From: Ruditapes philippinarum
Lineage: Eukaryota
Assembly: GCF_026571515.1 (NCBI RefSeq)
Contig: NW_026865674.1
Location: 1 to 64,000, forward strand
Reading direction: 5' to 3'
Length of the DNA: 64,000 bases
Shown here piece after piece: positions 1-12,235 of the stretch. A program made the translations under genes and the position numbers. Numbering within the stretch: position 1 is the first letter of the stretch; every line of letters begins with the position of its first letter. The notes below the pieces were generated by a model. The model did not search any database and had not been told where the DNA came from. It saw nothing but the letters and a program-made list of their open reading frames with translations.

Positions 1-1172
1 CTACATCTCTGTAAACAGTCGTCTTTGTAACCCGATTTGGAATAAAACTGTGAACGTGACTGTTTCTTACCATGCGTGAAGTCATTCCCCTTCAGCACAA
101 CAGTTGCTGGACAATGGGCACCTTTCAGTCGATTTGTGCATCTCCAAAGAACTGACGTCTTGTTGGTCCGCTATTAAAAAGACACGTTAACAGAGTTTAT
201 ACATATATGTACGTGCTGCATCTTTGTTTTCGAATTAAAAACAATATTTTTTTATAATCCACTCTCCGTATCTTTTTCTATAACGCAGTTAGGTTTTTTT
301 CAAACCAAACTATTAGTTCATACATCATTGTGTTATACATATATATATATTTCATACAAATGTATATGCATCGTTCAAAATGATATATAAATAGATATGT
401 AAATATTCTTTTTGTAAAGCTAGGCACGATACACTTCTGTTCTGTTGAAACAGATCAAGCAATATAACCGTTATGCTTATTTATCAAATGTATTTTGTCA
501 TAATATATTTATATTTTACCTTGATACTATAAGCGTATCCTGTGCTGGAAACAAGAAAAGGTTTCTTCCGTTGTTAAGCTCCTTCAACCAAGGTGAATGA
601 TTCTGGAGATTCTTCTTAGACAGTTTCATCAGGATTGGTAGGACGAGGTCCCTCTAATATAGGCTGTTGAACATCAGTTTCTCGATGTGGCATGTTAAAT
701 GAGTCTATCAGGAGCGCTGAATCATTGTAGACATCAGTGTCATCTTGTTGTTAATGGAACTCATCTTGTCTGTAAGAGAAATCAGCGTCATCTTGTTGAT
801 CATGTACCTCATTTTGTCTATCAGATAGTTCTATCTCATCTGTGGGGTCAGATTGTGGTAGCGTGGTAGTACAGCCTTTACAGACAAACGTAAAGTTGGC
901 CTCATTCTCAACTAATGCCTTATACATCACCTCATTTATACCTGTAAAAAATGAATGGTACAAGTCTATCTTCATAATATTTTCGCGGAGGTTAAAATAA
1001 AGTTTTACGGAGAAAAAAATTGCATCTGTATAGTAATAAAATAGATAACAATGTAAAGTCTGTATAATGTTGAAAATTTTACGAAAATAATTGCAGATAG
1101 TTGAAAAGAGTTTGCTTATTTGGATTTTTACGGCACGTCAACACATTACTGGCCATATCGTGCCGAATGCTA

Positions 1173-2223
1173 TAATCCCAGCACGATAAACAGAACTTTC
1201 GTGATGTTTATTAATAGTATGGAACAGTCTATTTTGAAGCTAAAAAGGTAAATGAAAGGTTACACTCCTGATTGATTAACCAATATATTGATAATAGTTA
1301 TAGATAGTAGTAGTTGCCATAATAGCTCAATCGGTAGAGCACTACAAGCACAAAATGTTTCACACTAGACTGACAAGCTCTTATATCGAGGTTTGTGTTT
1401 TTTTCTCACCATTTATGAATAGTAATATGAATGTGATTATTTAAATTTGTTTTATATATTTTTTTGTTTTCGCTTTTTATGATTATTTTACTTTCAAGCA
1501 AAGTAACTTAAATTTTCTAATCTTTTTTTCATAGAAATGTATTTCAAGATATGCAATAGATAGAATAAATACAACATTTCAAATTTCATCTGCCGTATCT
1601 GTTGTTTTTCCGGTTTCTGAGGCTGTGTCGGTTTCATCGTCACTATTATCACTGCTGCTGCTATCGTCGGAAAATGAAATGACAACAGGGTTTAATTCGT
1701 CTTGAATGTTTTCACTTCTCAAATACTCTGCTTCTATCTTTTCCACATGGCTACAGCAATCGGCCTAATGCTCTTTAAATTTGTCGGAGCTAATAATTTT
1801 TCAACATGTTGTCTGAATAGTATTGAAGCAGAGGCAATAAAGAAACTTTTGTTCAGTTATATACATGTATACGTGAAATATTTTATGCACGGGATATTCG
1901 CGTTATTGGCTTGTGTTATTACAGTTATTTATTCATATGTGTACATTGTTAAACTGATATTTATGTGCTTAACAGTGAATCTGGAATAAAAAAGTAAAAA
2001 AGTTCCACGAGGTTTCGAACCCACAAGCAATTTCATTTGCAGACGTGGCTCAACTTACTACGCTATAGAGTGAGTCGAAGTTATATTGTCTTCAAATACT
2101 ATCTCTATACCTTTAATGGAAAAGGTTTGGTAAATCACCAGTAGTTTACCTATGTTTATCTTTTCATGGACTGTGCTTCTATTTTTAGACATGACGAAAG
2201 TTCTGTTTATCGTGCTCGGACTA
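1173..2223 (-). mobile_element. Tc1/mariner (ITm)-superfamily deletion derivative with TA TSD
   Basis: TIRs TAATCCCAGCACGATAAACAGAACTTTCGT / TAGTCCGAGCACGATAAACAGAACTTTCGT; TA duplicated at 1171-1172 and 2224-2225 (empty site visible at ~11820-11835). Minus-strand 1812-1579 reads EH*ADCCSHVEKIEAEYLRSENIQDELNPVVISFSDDSSSSD, resembling the C-terminus of Sailor/DD82E-like transposases. Confidence 0.85.
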
Positions 2224-2737
2224 TATAATAGGCTTAAAATATTATGTAAATCATTGTAATTGACAATAGAAATGAGCAAATTAGATCCTAGCATACAAGT
2301 TTATCTCTTTTAAATAATCAATTATGTTTTTTGATGGAATTATATTAAAAAGTTCTTTGAGTGAATTTACAGAATAAAATCTAATACGGGCCTGTGTAAA
2401 TCATGACATTCAAGAACAAAATGTTTGACAGTAAAATTTTCATTACAGCCTACACAGAAAGGGGCATTGTCATTTGTGAGGAGATAAGAGTGGGTAATTT
2501 TAGTGTGTCCAATTCGGCATCGAAAAAAAAATTTTTGATCACGGCGGTTTGACAGAGATAGAGATGGTGACCTGTCAAGAGATGGGTTTATATCGTGAAG
2601 TTTATTAAAAACGGCATTGTCCCAATTTGCCTTTCATTAAGCTGATACGAGTTCATTTATAGCCGGTCTAAAATCACAAGCAGGTGACAATAAGTCAGTT
2701 TTTTTGAAAATTTAATGATTGTTTAGCTTAAGCATCT

Positions 2738-2896
2738 TGTTTTGTTTGTTTGGATTTTACGGCACGTCAACACATAAATGGCCATATCGTGCCGAATGCT
2801 AAAATAGGCTTTTAATATTATGTAAAACGTTGTAAATAAAACTAAAAAAAGGAGCCAATCAGATCTTTGAATACAAGTTTATCTCTTTCAAATAAT
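2738..2896 (-). mobile_element. Short 3'-end LINE copy inserted into a LINE of the same family
   Basis: (TTTG)n tail plus 3' UTR, flanked by the 13-bp TSD AGCTTAAGCATCT (2725-2737 and 2897-2909). Confidence 0.9.
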
Positions 2897-3647
2897 AGCT
2901 TAAGCATCTACTTTTTCATTTCCTCGTATTTCTACATGGCTTGGAATCCAATATAATTTAACATATTTTGTTTTTAGTACACATGTATATCATGAAATAG
3001 TAAAAGAAGTTTCTTTACCATGATATTGTTTTTTTATTTTTAATGGATATTAAAACAGAAAGCGAGTCAGAAAATATCACAAATTTATCGTGGGTATGCT
3101 GTGCTATGTATGACAATGCTAAATCGATAGCTTTTGCTTCAGCAGTAAAAATTGATGCATTATCTGGTAACCTAATACTAGATGTAAAATTCTTTTCAAA
3201 CACAGCCGCACCTACTTTGCAACCTTCTTTTGAAAAGAGGGTCGTTCAAATAGAATTTACTTTGATGAAAATAAGTCTATATGAAAAAACGTATGACACG
3301 TGCCGTGAATTTCACCAGCAATCAATGCGCTTATACGGTGATTGAATTTTCGCACTTGTCATTATTGATACACACATATTAAAGCCAATCATTAAAGGTG
3401 TTTATTGGCGTGATCGCGGTCATCAAATCATAACTTATTGATCTTTTAAGTGATTGTTCTATTAATTGAATATTCAACTCTTTCTCACTTTTTTGACAAT
3501 AAATGCATTATTTTTTATTCTTGTACCGATTTCGATACAATTGCGAAAAATGAATGTACAGAATTTGGGATTTTAGGCATATTAAATCAAGATCATATTC
3601 ACTTCTATAATATAAAAAAATTATATTAGTTTAAAATAAATAAATAC

Positions 3648-3896
3648 CAGGGTACCGTTTCACTAACATACTTACGCAAATTCTTAAACTTAACGCAAAC
3701 ATTTCCATTGATCTTTTTATGTCCATAGCAAGTATTTGTTTTTATATTTTATGTTAATTAAGTTTTGAGCAAATAAAAGATTGAATATATAAGATTTAAA
3801 AACATGTGAGTATGTTTGAATTTATTTTCTAGCACAGTGAAAAAAATTTGCGTAAGTCAAGAATTTGCGTAAGTATGTTAGTGAAACGGTACCCTG
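3648..3896. mobile_element. MITE (probably PIF/Harbinger-like, CWG target)
   Basis: 38-bp perfect inverted repeat CAGGGTACCGTTTCACTAACATACTTACGCAAATTCTT at both ends. Confidence 0.85.
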
Positions 3897-4701
3897 AATC
3901 ACAATGAATGTGCTGCCATTGTAAGCACCATTCACATTCTACTGCAGCATCGTCATCTCCGACCACAAGTCGGCACTGAATACACAAATATTCCATAACA
4001 ATTTTGTTCACAGTCTATAAGTTACCCGTTATTAAAAGTAATCCGTGTTAAAAAATCCAATTATTTCACAAAATAAAAACATTTTTTTTCCAGAAACAAG
4101 CAGAATAAACGTATTTGAAATGTGATCAAAATATACAATAAAACACTAAATACAAGATGCTTATATATATCATAAGAAGCTAACAGTTTGCTATGTTTCT
4201 TACGATCTGTATGTGATCAAAGGGTTGTTTCTTTTTTATGATAATCTTAATTTTCAGCTTTTGACAATTACAAACAAATTAAATGAAATTGGTTCAAGAC
4301 ATTAAAGGGACTCTTACTGTCACAGGCTATTATTATCAATCAGTGTGTTCGTAAGGATACCGATTTATTAGGTGATAATTATGATTGACGCATTCATTTA
4401 AAATTTATAAGTGACCACCTGTAATTAATTAGAAGCTTAATTATGATATAAAGTAAACACGTTTTTGTTTCATACTTTTTTAATATTACTTTACAAATAA
4501 AATGCATCTAAGTAAACACATTTTTATTAGATCTATATTACTTCTATCGGATATCTATCGGATATGAAAGACAAATAAATAACTTTTTTTAAAACATACT
4601 TTATTTTGGCAGAAGTACAATGTATAAGATATTTCTTATCATTCATTTACATTAACAACATGCAAAGCAAAGTTAATACGTTATAAATATCTTTTTAAAG
4701 T

Positions 4702-4762
4702 GGGCCGAGTTGACCCGTGCCGAGTTGACCCGTGCCGAGTTGGTATATGGCCGAGTTGACTC
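4702..4762. repeat. 15-20 bp subterminal tandem repeat (GCCGAGTTGAC..), probable end of the MULE-like element
   Basis: Four GCCGAGTTG units about 700 bp upstream of the PHD exon, typical of MULE/foldback termini. The opposite end lies outside the window. Confidence 0.6.
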
Positions 4763-5499
4763 TTTTCCATCGACTTTTATAGATAAACAGATAGAGAAAT
4801 TATCTCGTTTTTACAGATATAAATGAACAAATAAATTTAGAATATAACGGATTAAGTAGAAAAAAAATAGTTGAACAAAATAAAGGATTATTTGGACATT
4901 TTTCTTCATTTTCCGGCAAAAATTTTCACACCTTTTAAATGGTGGTCCTTAAATAATTCTTTTATAACAATATTAAAATAGAAAAAAACTCAAATACTAT
5001 CGAATAACTTCGGAGCAATAAAATATATTTGTAGCAAAGATAATCATTAATAATCAATTTTAAAAAAATAAGAATTTAGTAAGGAAACTAAATATTTTTC
5101 GGCAAAAACACAAATTGGCCTCCATCTTTTAGAAACTTTCGAAATCGGAAATAAATTAAAAAGAATCAGAATTTATTTATAAGTGCCCAAAAGCTATATT
5201 TTTGAAGAGAATTTCATAGAATCAGTACGAATTAGAGAAAATATTATTTAATAGAAAAAGGGATTAATTAGTCAAAAGGATATAAAATTTTAGCAAAAAA
5301 CAAGATGGCCGACATTGACAAACTACCTTCGTGGCAAAAATTAACCGATACACCGCGAAAAAGTGTGAAAAGATAGCTACATTCCGCCAACTTAATGTGG
5401 CTGTAGTGATCTCTGCAGTCAGAGGGGTTATAGGTAATCAAAAGGTAGAGGCAATCACAAAAGGATTCATTAAACAAGTAGGCCAAACAAAATAAAAAT

Positions 5500-6770
5500 A
5501 GATATGAAACTGGCAAAATTAACAGAGGCATTAAAATTCCAATTTGGGCATGAGGACCTAATAATCTACAGTGAAAACCAAAAACAAAAACAAAAACGAC
5601 TATAGGCTTAATCAAATGTAAGGAAAACGAACCATCAAAATGTCACAAGCGAATGTGTATGTTAAAAATAAAACAAAGTAATGAGACAATCACATCATAA
5701 AAAACATGCAATTGTTTATTGCAACACGGAAAAGGCACTTTTAGTAATTAATTCAACAGACGGCCACGGCCGGTTATAAGGTGTGAAAAAGAAATTAAAG
5801 GAATACTCAATATAACAGATAAAAACTTATTTCCTTTCTCTAAAAGAAAATTTAATGAAAGATAACAAAGATAGTTCTGATATTTATATAACAAAAAATG
5901 AACAAAATGCAGTAATCATATTTAATTCAGAAAAAATGCCTATCAAGGTGGCGGTGCAGGGGGCACCATACCTGTTTTTCCATGCTACACCACCTTATCT
6001 AAATGTACTTATTGTCAAGGGTTCCGACATATTTCTCGCACTTGCATAAATAAAAGCAGCTGTGTTAAATGTGCCGAACATCACATATTCTCAGAAAATT
6101 GCACAAATAAACCGAAATGCACGAACTGTAAGGGTCTGCACTGGGCATCCAGAAAACAATGCCCAGAATACTTGATAACAATAAGCAGAATAAACAAAAT
6201 AAATAATGACCAAGAAAAAGATATACTTAAAGAAATGTTCAAATGAAAATAAATTAACACCAGTTAAAGTAAAAGTCGAAAATATAGATTCATTCATAAA
6301 CAAATTAGTAAATGAATTAAAAAAAAAAATAAAAATGAAGAAATCAAAATATAATTGGAAACAAACTTATTACAAGAAAATTCAACAACTAAGCACAATG
6401 AAAACACAATCAACATTAAACAAAAAAGCACCGAAAGCAACACAGTGACGAATGAAAAGAAAACTTACAATACACAAAGCAACATAGAAATCATTGTGAT
6501 ACAAACAAAAAAGAAACTGAATCTAATACACCAATTTCACAAACCGAAACTTATAACATGAACATTCAGCAAAATAACAATAAATACACTCAAAAGAATA
6601 ACTCATCAATAAATAAAAATACAAGCAAAAATATACCCCAAAAACAGATAGCGGAAAGAGAGCACCTTATTAATATGCTCAATCATTACGAACGCCGCAT
6701 GTTTGTAATGAATGAACATATTAGGTTCCTCTCCCTAGGGGGGAGACGGGGTCCCCATCTCCCAGTATGA
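5500..6770 (+). pseudogene. LINE ORF1 (gag-like) remnant with three zinc knuckles
   Basis: 6004-6171 translates as CTYCQGFRHISRTC..CVKCAEHHIFSENC..CTNCKGLHWASRKQCPEY; frameshifted; boundaries approximate. Confidence 0.85.
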
Positions 6771-6849
6771 TTAGGCCTGGACGGTTCTAGGAGCGCGCGG
6801 TAATTACATAAAAATAAATTATATAGAATAAATTAATATGTTTGATAAA

Positions 6850-8180
6850 ATGGCGGGGAACAATATAAATGACAAACAAAACGCAAATAAATCGGGCCTC
6901 GGCATTTGATCATGGAATATGAATGGAATGATAACAGATGTAAAATTCAATGAATTACAAAACTATGTAGATAATACCAAATCTCCAATACATATAATTT
7001 GCATACAGGAAACTAAACTAATTTAACAATAAACACCTTCAAACTAAAAGGCTACCAAAAAGCAGTATGCAGAAATCGTCCGAATGCAACTCATGCTGGA
7101 GGCGGGGTATGTATATATGTCAAAAATGACATAACTTTCATTGAAAAGAAAATTTAATATGACGGTGACATAGAATTATAGCAGTAGAAGTAATTGGTAA
7201 AAAAGAAACATTTATTATAATTAACTATTATGCTTATAACAATAGTATAAATTCATATGACAACTTCAAGAAAACTATGGGCAATAATTTCAAAAATACA
7301 ATAATAGTAGGTGATTTTAATTTAAAGCACCCCTGCTGGAATCCAGAAGATGCCGAGGCCAATGCCTTGCTCGACTTTTTAAATGACTACAATTATAGTT
7401 ATTTAAATGACGGGCAAGTCACACGATGTAGCACCTGTGATTCTCAGCAAGATTCCGCGATAGATTTATCCAAAGTATCTTCACATCTAGCCGTATTCTC
7501 TGAATTTCTACTGATTGATGACACATTGGGCAGTGATCATCTTCCAATTCTTACAAAAAAAAAACAACACAGAAATAAATAGGGAAAATATTGTACTATT
7601 AGAAAAATGGCAAATAGAAAAAGCCTCAGAAACTCAATAAACCAATTTTAGACATCTTTGTAGGCAAAAATTAAATTACGAAATAATTGAAGGTAACATT
7701 AATGAGATATTTCAATCATTCTTAGATAAACTAAATACTTTTTTAGGACAAACGATCCCGAAATCAAAAACAAAAACGCTAAAATATAAAACACCTAAAA
7801 TATGGTGGAACGAAGAATGCACCAATGTTATAAAATTGAGAGAACAAAAAAGACGAAATTACAAAGAAGAAAAAAACTTCACTGAAGTATGAACTATGGA
7901 AAGAGGCCCGCTTAACAGCAAAAAATACTATAAAATTAGCAAAAAGAGAATCATGGGAAAATTTCTGCAGTAAAATTACACATGAAACAAACGGAAAAGA
8001 ATTATGGGATTTCGTACGTAAAATTTAGGGGAAACAACCAGCATCGCTACCTGCATTTGAAATTAACAACAAAATCATATCCGATCCTACAGAAAAAGCA
8101 AACGCGCTAGTTAATCAATATGAAATGGCGAGTAGCAATCAAGGATATCCGCCACAATTTATCGCGAGAAAAGTAGAAGG
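6850..8180 (+). pseudogene. LINE ORF2 N-terminal half (APE endonuclease + linker), decayed
   Basis: SWNMNG, ICIQETKL, GGGVCIYVK, IVGDFN, SAIDLS, GSDHLPI, PKIWWNEEC, AKRESWENFC, EKANAL; stops and frameshifts present. Confidence 0.92.
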
Positions 8181-8197
8181 GACCCGTAGAGCCCAAA

Positions 8198-9352
8198 AAA
8201 CAAGCAATTATCATAGTATTGCAAGCAATCCATAAGTCCCCTACCGGTAAGAGCCCAAGCAATATTCTGAAGGGCCATTCACTTAAGTTCCTTTTTTAAG
8301 TAAATTTGTTGAAAAAGTTCTTTAAAAGTGACCACAGGAAACAGTTTTTATGTACAGACAGACCGACTGAAGGACACTCTAAAGTTATTTTTTAAACATC
8401 CCTGTTATCAAAATATAACATTTTTAAAATCCTATCATGATTGAAGAAGTTGGAGTAAAAATTACCAATTTCTCAAAAAAAGTCCAAAAAGGGCATAATT
8501 CTGGAAATAGTCTTGCTAGAGTATTGAACACTCACAAACGTTGAGTGACAATAAGAAACATTTATATGAAGTTTGAAGTAGAGAAAAAAGAAGTTATTAA
8601 AAAAAAAAAAATGTTTTTTCATGAAAATTTTAAGTTCCAGGGAGGTAATTCTGATAAATTTTGTGCTAGAGTTGTAAACTTTGTCACACATGATGTGGTT
8701 GATGACTAGCAACTTATATTTAAAGTTTGAAGAAAATACATTAAGAAATAAAGAACTTATAGTGAAAAAACTGAAAAACTAGAAACAGAAATCTTGAAAT
8801 TTTGTCTATTTGTTGCCATAGCAACCAGAATTTTCAATACAGGGAGATAAGAAAAGAATGTGCATAATTTCCATACTGCCATCTACCAATACGTCAAGTT
8901 TCATAAAAATATTTTCTGTAATTTTTGCATTATCACTGGGTCCAGGTTATGTGTAAAATTTGCCATATTTTCAGTTTATTTGTTGCCATAGCAACCAGAA
9001 TTTTCATAAAAAAGAAAAAGACGTGCATAATCTCCATATCGCCATCTATCCATTTATCAAGTTTCATAAAAATATTTTCAGTACTTTTGCGGTATCGCGG
9101 GATCCAGGTTATGTGTAAAATTAGCCATATTTTCAGTCTATTTGTTGCCATAGCAACCAGAATTTTCAACATAGGAAGAAATGAAAAAGACGTGCATAAT
9201 CTCCATACTGCCATCTATCCATATATCAAGTTTCATTAAAATATTTTCAGTACTTTTTGCGCTATTGCGGGATCCAGTTTTGTGGACGGACGGACTGACG
9301 GACGGACAGACGGACGGACAGACGGACGGACGGACGGACAGACAGACAGAGA
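8198..9352 (+). mobile_element. Non-autonomous Helentron-associated element (HINE; pearl/CvA-like), 3' hairpin missing
   Basis: Starts AACAAGCAAT..AGTCCCCTACCGG; three ~160-170-bp core repeats (TTTGTTGCCATAGCAACCAGAATTTT at ~8810, 8979, 9141); (GACG/GACA)n microsatellite at ~9284-9349. Confidence 0.75.
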
Positions 9353-9474
9353 AAGCTCAAGTTAATTAAATTCTGATTTCACTGTCTGATAGGGGTCACC
9401 TTTGCATTGAAGAAACAACACTAAATTCTACAATATATATAATGGGGGCCTGGTAATATAACATATAAAAAACA

Positions 9475-11900
9475 TGGTATCTAAAAAATAATGGAATAAT
9501 TACTAATTTTCAGTCAGGTTTTCGTAAACAGCGAAGTACAAACGATCATCTTGTACGACTTGAAACTTTTATAAGAGAAGCCTTTGTAAATAAACAACAC
9601 CGGGTATCAATTTTCTTTGATCTTGAGAAGGCTTACGATACTGCTTGGAAATATGGTGTCCTAAAAGATCTAAAGGATGCTAAACTTAAAGGCAGACTTC
9701 CTCTTTTCATTTCTAGATTTTTAAATGATAGGCACTTTAAAGTAAGACTTGGTTCAACTTTTTCTGAGGATCACCAACAAGAACAAGGTGTTCCTCAAGG
9801 AAGCATACTTTCTGTTACACTTTTTGGCCTTAAAATAAACAATATTGCTAGCGCTCTTGCACCAGGCATAGATTGTTATCTATATGTAGATGATTTTCTT
9901 ATCTGCTATCGATCGAAAAGAGAACAATTGAAAGGCAACTTCAACAAAATTTAGATAAAATCCAAAAGTGGGCAATAGAAAATGGTTTTAAATTTTCAAA
10001 GTCAAAAACTCAATGTGTTCATTTTTGTCGATTGCGGAAACACCATAATGACCCTGAACTTTACATATCTGGTTCTAAAATTCCAGTTGTTGATGAAGCT
10101 AAGTTTTTAGGAATTATATTTGACAAAAAACTTTCTTTTAAACCACATATTAAACATTTGAAAACTATATGCCTTAAAGCTTTAAATTTACTTAAGGTTT
10201 TATCAATCACATATGGGGGATCAAATTCTTCCACATTACTGAAATTATACAGAAGTATTATCCGATCGAAATTAGATTATGTATCTGTAGTATATGGGTC
10301 TGCAAGAAAATAATATCTTCACATGCTAGATACCATACATCACCAGGGTTTACGGTCAGCTTTAGGTGCATTTCGCACCTCACCTGTAGAAAGTCTTTAT
10401 GCGGAAGCTGGTGAACCATTGCTTCAATTTCGTCGAAAAAATGCAACTAGAATTCCATCAAATAGCAGAAATCCAGCCAAAAATATTATTTTCAAACCAA
10501 GTTATATTGAAAAATTTGTTAACAAACCAAAGGAAATTAAACCATTAGGCCTTCGTTTAAAAGATGATTTAGATAAACTTAAAATTAATCCTGTCAGTAT
10601 CCTTCAAAATGACGATTAGATTGTTCCAACTTGGACTTATTATTCCCCTGAAATAAATATTAACCTTTCAAATATAAAAAAGTCATCAAATTCTCATGAA
10701 CATTTCAAAGAGAAGTTTCTAGCAATTAAGGAAAAACATGAAAATTTTATACATATTTATACGGACGGTTCAAAAAAGGTTGCAAAGTAGGTGCGGCTGT
10801 GTTTGAAAATAATTTTACATCTAGTATGAGGTTACCAGATAATGCATCAATTTTTACTGCTGAAGCAAAAGCTATCGATTTAGCATTGTCATACATAGCA
10901 CAGCATACCCACGATAAATTTGTGATATTTTCTGACTCCCTTTCTGTTTTAATATCCATTAAAAATAAAAAATCTGACAATATCATGGTAAAGAAACTTC
11001 TTTTACGATTTCATGATATACTATAAACAAAACATGTTAAATTATATTGGATTCCAAGTCAGGTAGGTATACGAAGAAATGAAAAAGTAGATGCTTTAGC
11101 TAAACAATCATTAAATTTTCAAAAAACTGACTTATTGTTACCTGCTTGTGATTTTAGACCGGCTATAAATAAACTCGTATCATCTGAATGGAAAACAAAT
11201 TGGGACAATGCCGTTTTTAATAAACTTCACGATATAAACCCATCTCTTGTTGTGTCACCATCTCTATCTCTAACCGCCTCCGTAGTCGAGGGAGTCCATG
11301 ACTTCTAATCCAGTTACCTCTCTGTCGTGGGTTCGATCCCCGGGAGATGCTTTGGTAGTTTAGCGCGGAGGAAGGTAGTCTAGTACTGGTGTAACTCTCC
11401 AGGACCGATGGTTAGGAAACTACCCGCCTATATGACTGAAATACCGTTGAGAAAAGGCGTAAACTGAAGCAAACAAACAAACAAAATCTCTATCTCTGTC
11501 AAACCGCCGTGATCAAACAGTTCTTCTTCGATGCCAAATTGGACACACTAAAATTACCCATTCTTATGTCCTTACAAATGACAATGCCCCTTTTCTGTGT
11601 TGGTTGTAATGAAAATTTCACTGTCAAGCATTTTCTTCTTGAATGTCATGATTTTTCACAGGCCCGTAATAGATTTTATTCTGTAAATTCACTCAAAGAA
11701 ATTTTTAATACAATTCCATCAAAAACATAATTGATTATTTAAAAGAGATAAACTTGTATTCTAGGATTTAATTGTTTCATTTCTTTTGTCATTCACAAAG
11801 TTTAACATAACATTTTAAGCCTATTATAGCATTCGGCACGATATGGCCAGTTATGTGTTGACGTACCGTAAAAATCCAAACAAACAAACAAACAAACAAA
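9475..11900 (+). mobile_element. 5'-truncated I-group (Nimb/I-like) LINE: RT + RNase H + C-terminal CCHC, decayed
   Basis: FQSGFRKQRST, FFDLEKAYD, GVPQGSILS, LYVDD, KFLGIIFD, IYTDGSK, FTAEAKAI, IFSDSLS, WIPSQVG, CVGC..HFLLEC; ends in (CAAA)n. Confidence 0.96.
11272..11485 (+). mobile_element. tRNA-derived SINE (family 1, Meta-SINE-like) inserted in the LINE
   Basis: B box GGTTCGATCCC, (AAAC)n tail, 12-bp TSD ATCTCTATCTCT; empty site in the paralogous LINE at ~2551-2571. Confidence 0.93.
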
Positions 11901-12235
11901 TGTACTTTTCGGGAAAAAACAGTAAATCAATTAGTTAGATGTTTATCACTTAGACAAGCGGGGCAAATAAAAGATAGTGTTAGATGTGTTTTCTTTAATG
12001 CAATATAAAAATTTTAACATATAATAACAAATGAATACGAAAAGATGGTATAGAATAAAAATGGCGCTTTGATATTGCATTACGGTCATCGTAAACAGGA
12101 TATCGTAAAATGTCGTCCGATAGTGGTATACACTAACGAAAAAAGTCTGTTTAAATTATGGAACTAAGAAGTTGCTTTATGAACTTTGGAGGACTTCCAA
12201 ATCCATAATCTGATCGCGCCGAAATACGAACAAAA

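Larger units (their letters stand above)
1111..3234 (-). mobile_element. 5'-truncated I-group LINE (RNase H to 3' tail), same family as 9475-11900, interrupted by two insertions
   Basis: Reverse complement of ~10770-11890; encodes SIFTAEAKAIDLALSYI..IFSDSLS (ORF 3015-3203); 3' tail at 1111-1172. Confidence 0.92.
1..4011 (-). pseudogene. Spliced PHD-finger + FLYWCH zinc-finger gene of a MULE/Mutator-like transposon, pseudogenised (exons ~4011-3894, 941-520, 170-<1)
   Basis: Joining exons at GT/AG gives CIQC..CEWC..HIHCDS/GINEVMY..FVCKGC (PHD, C4HC3), an acidic linker, then FTLVEGA*QRKKPFLVSSTGYAYSIK/RTNKTSVLWRCTNRLKGAHCPATV (FLYWCH-type). Exon 2 has three in-frame stops. The MULE assignment rests on this domain combination. 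Confidence 0.8.

Noticed and set aside
3043-3345. ORFs 3043-3345 and 10747-10986
   Set aside because: Antisense shadows of the LINE RNase H region.
8800-9280. CRISPR-like repeat-spacer array
   Set aside because: Whole units are homologous tandem repeats inside a HINE in eukaryotic DNA; there are no unique spacers or cas genes.
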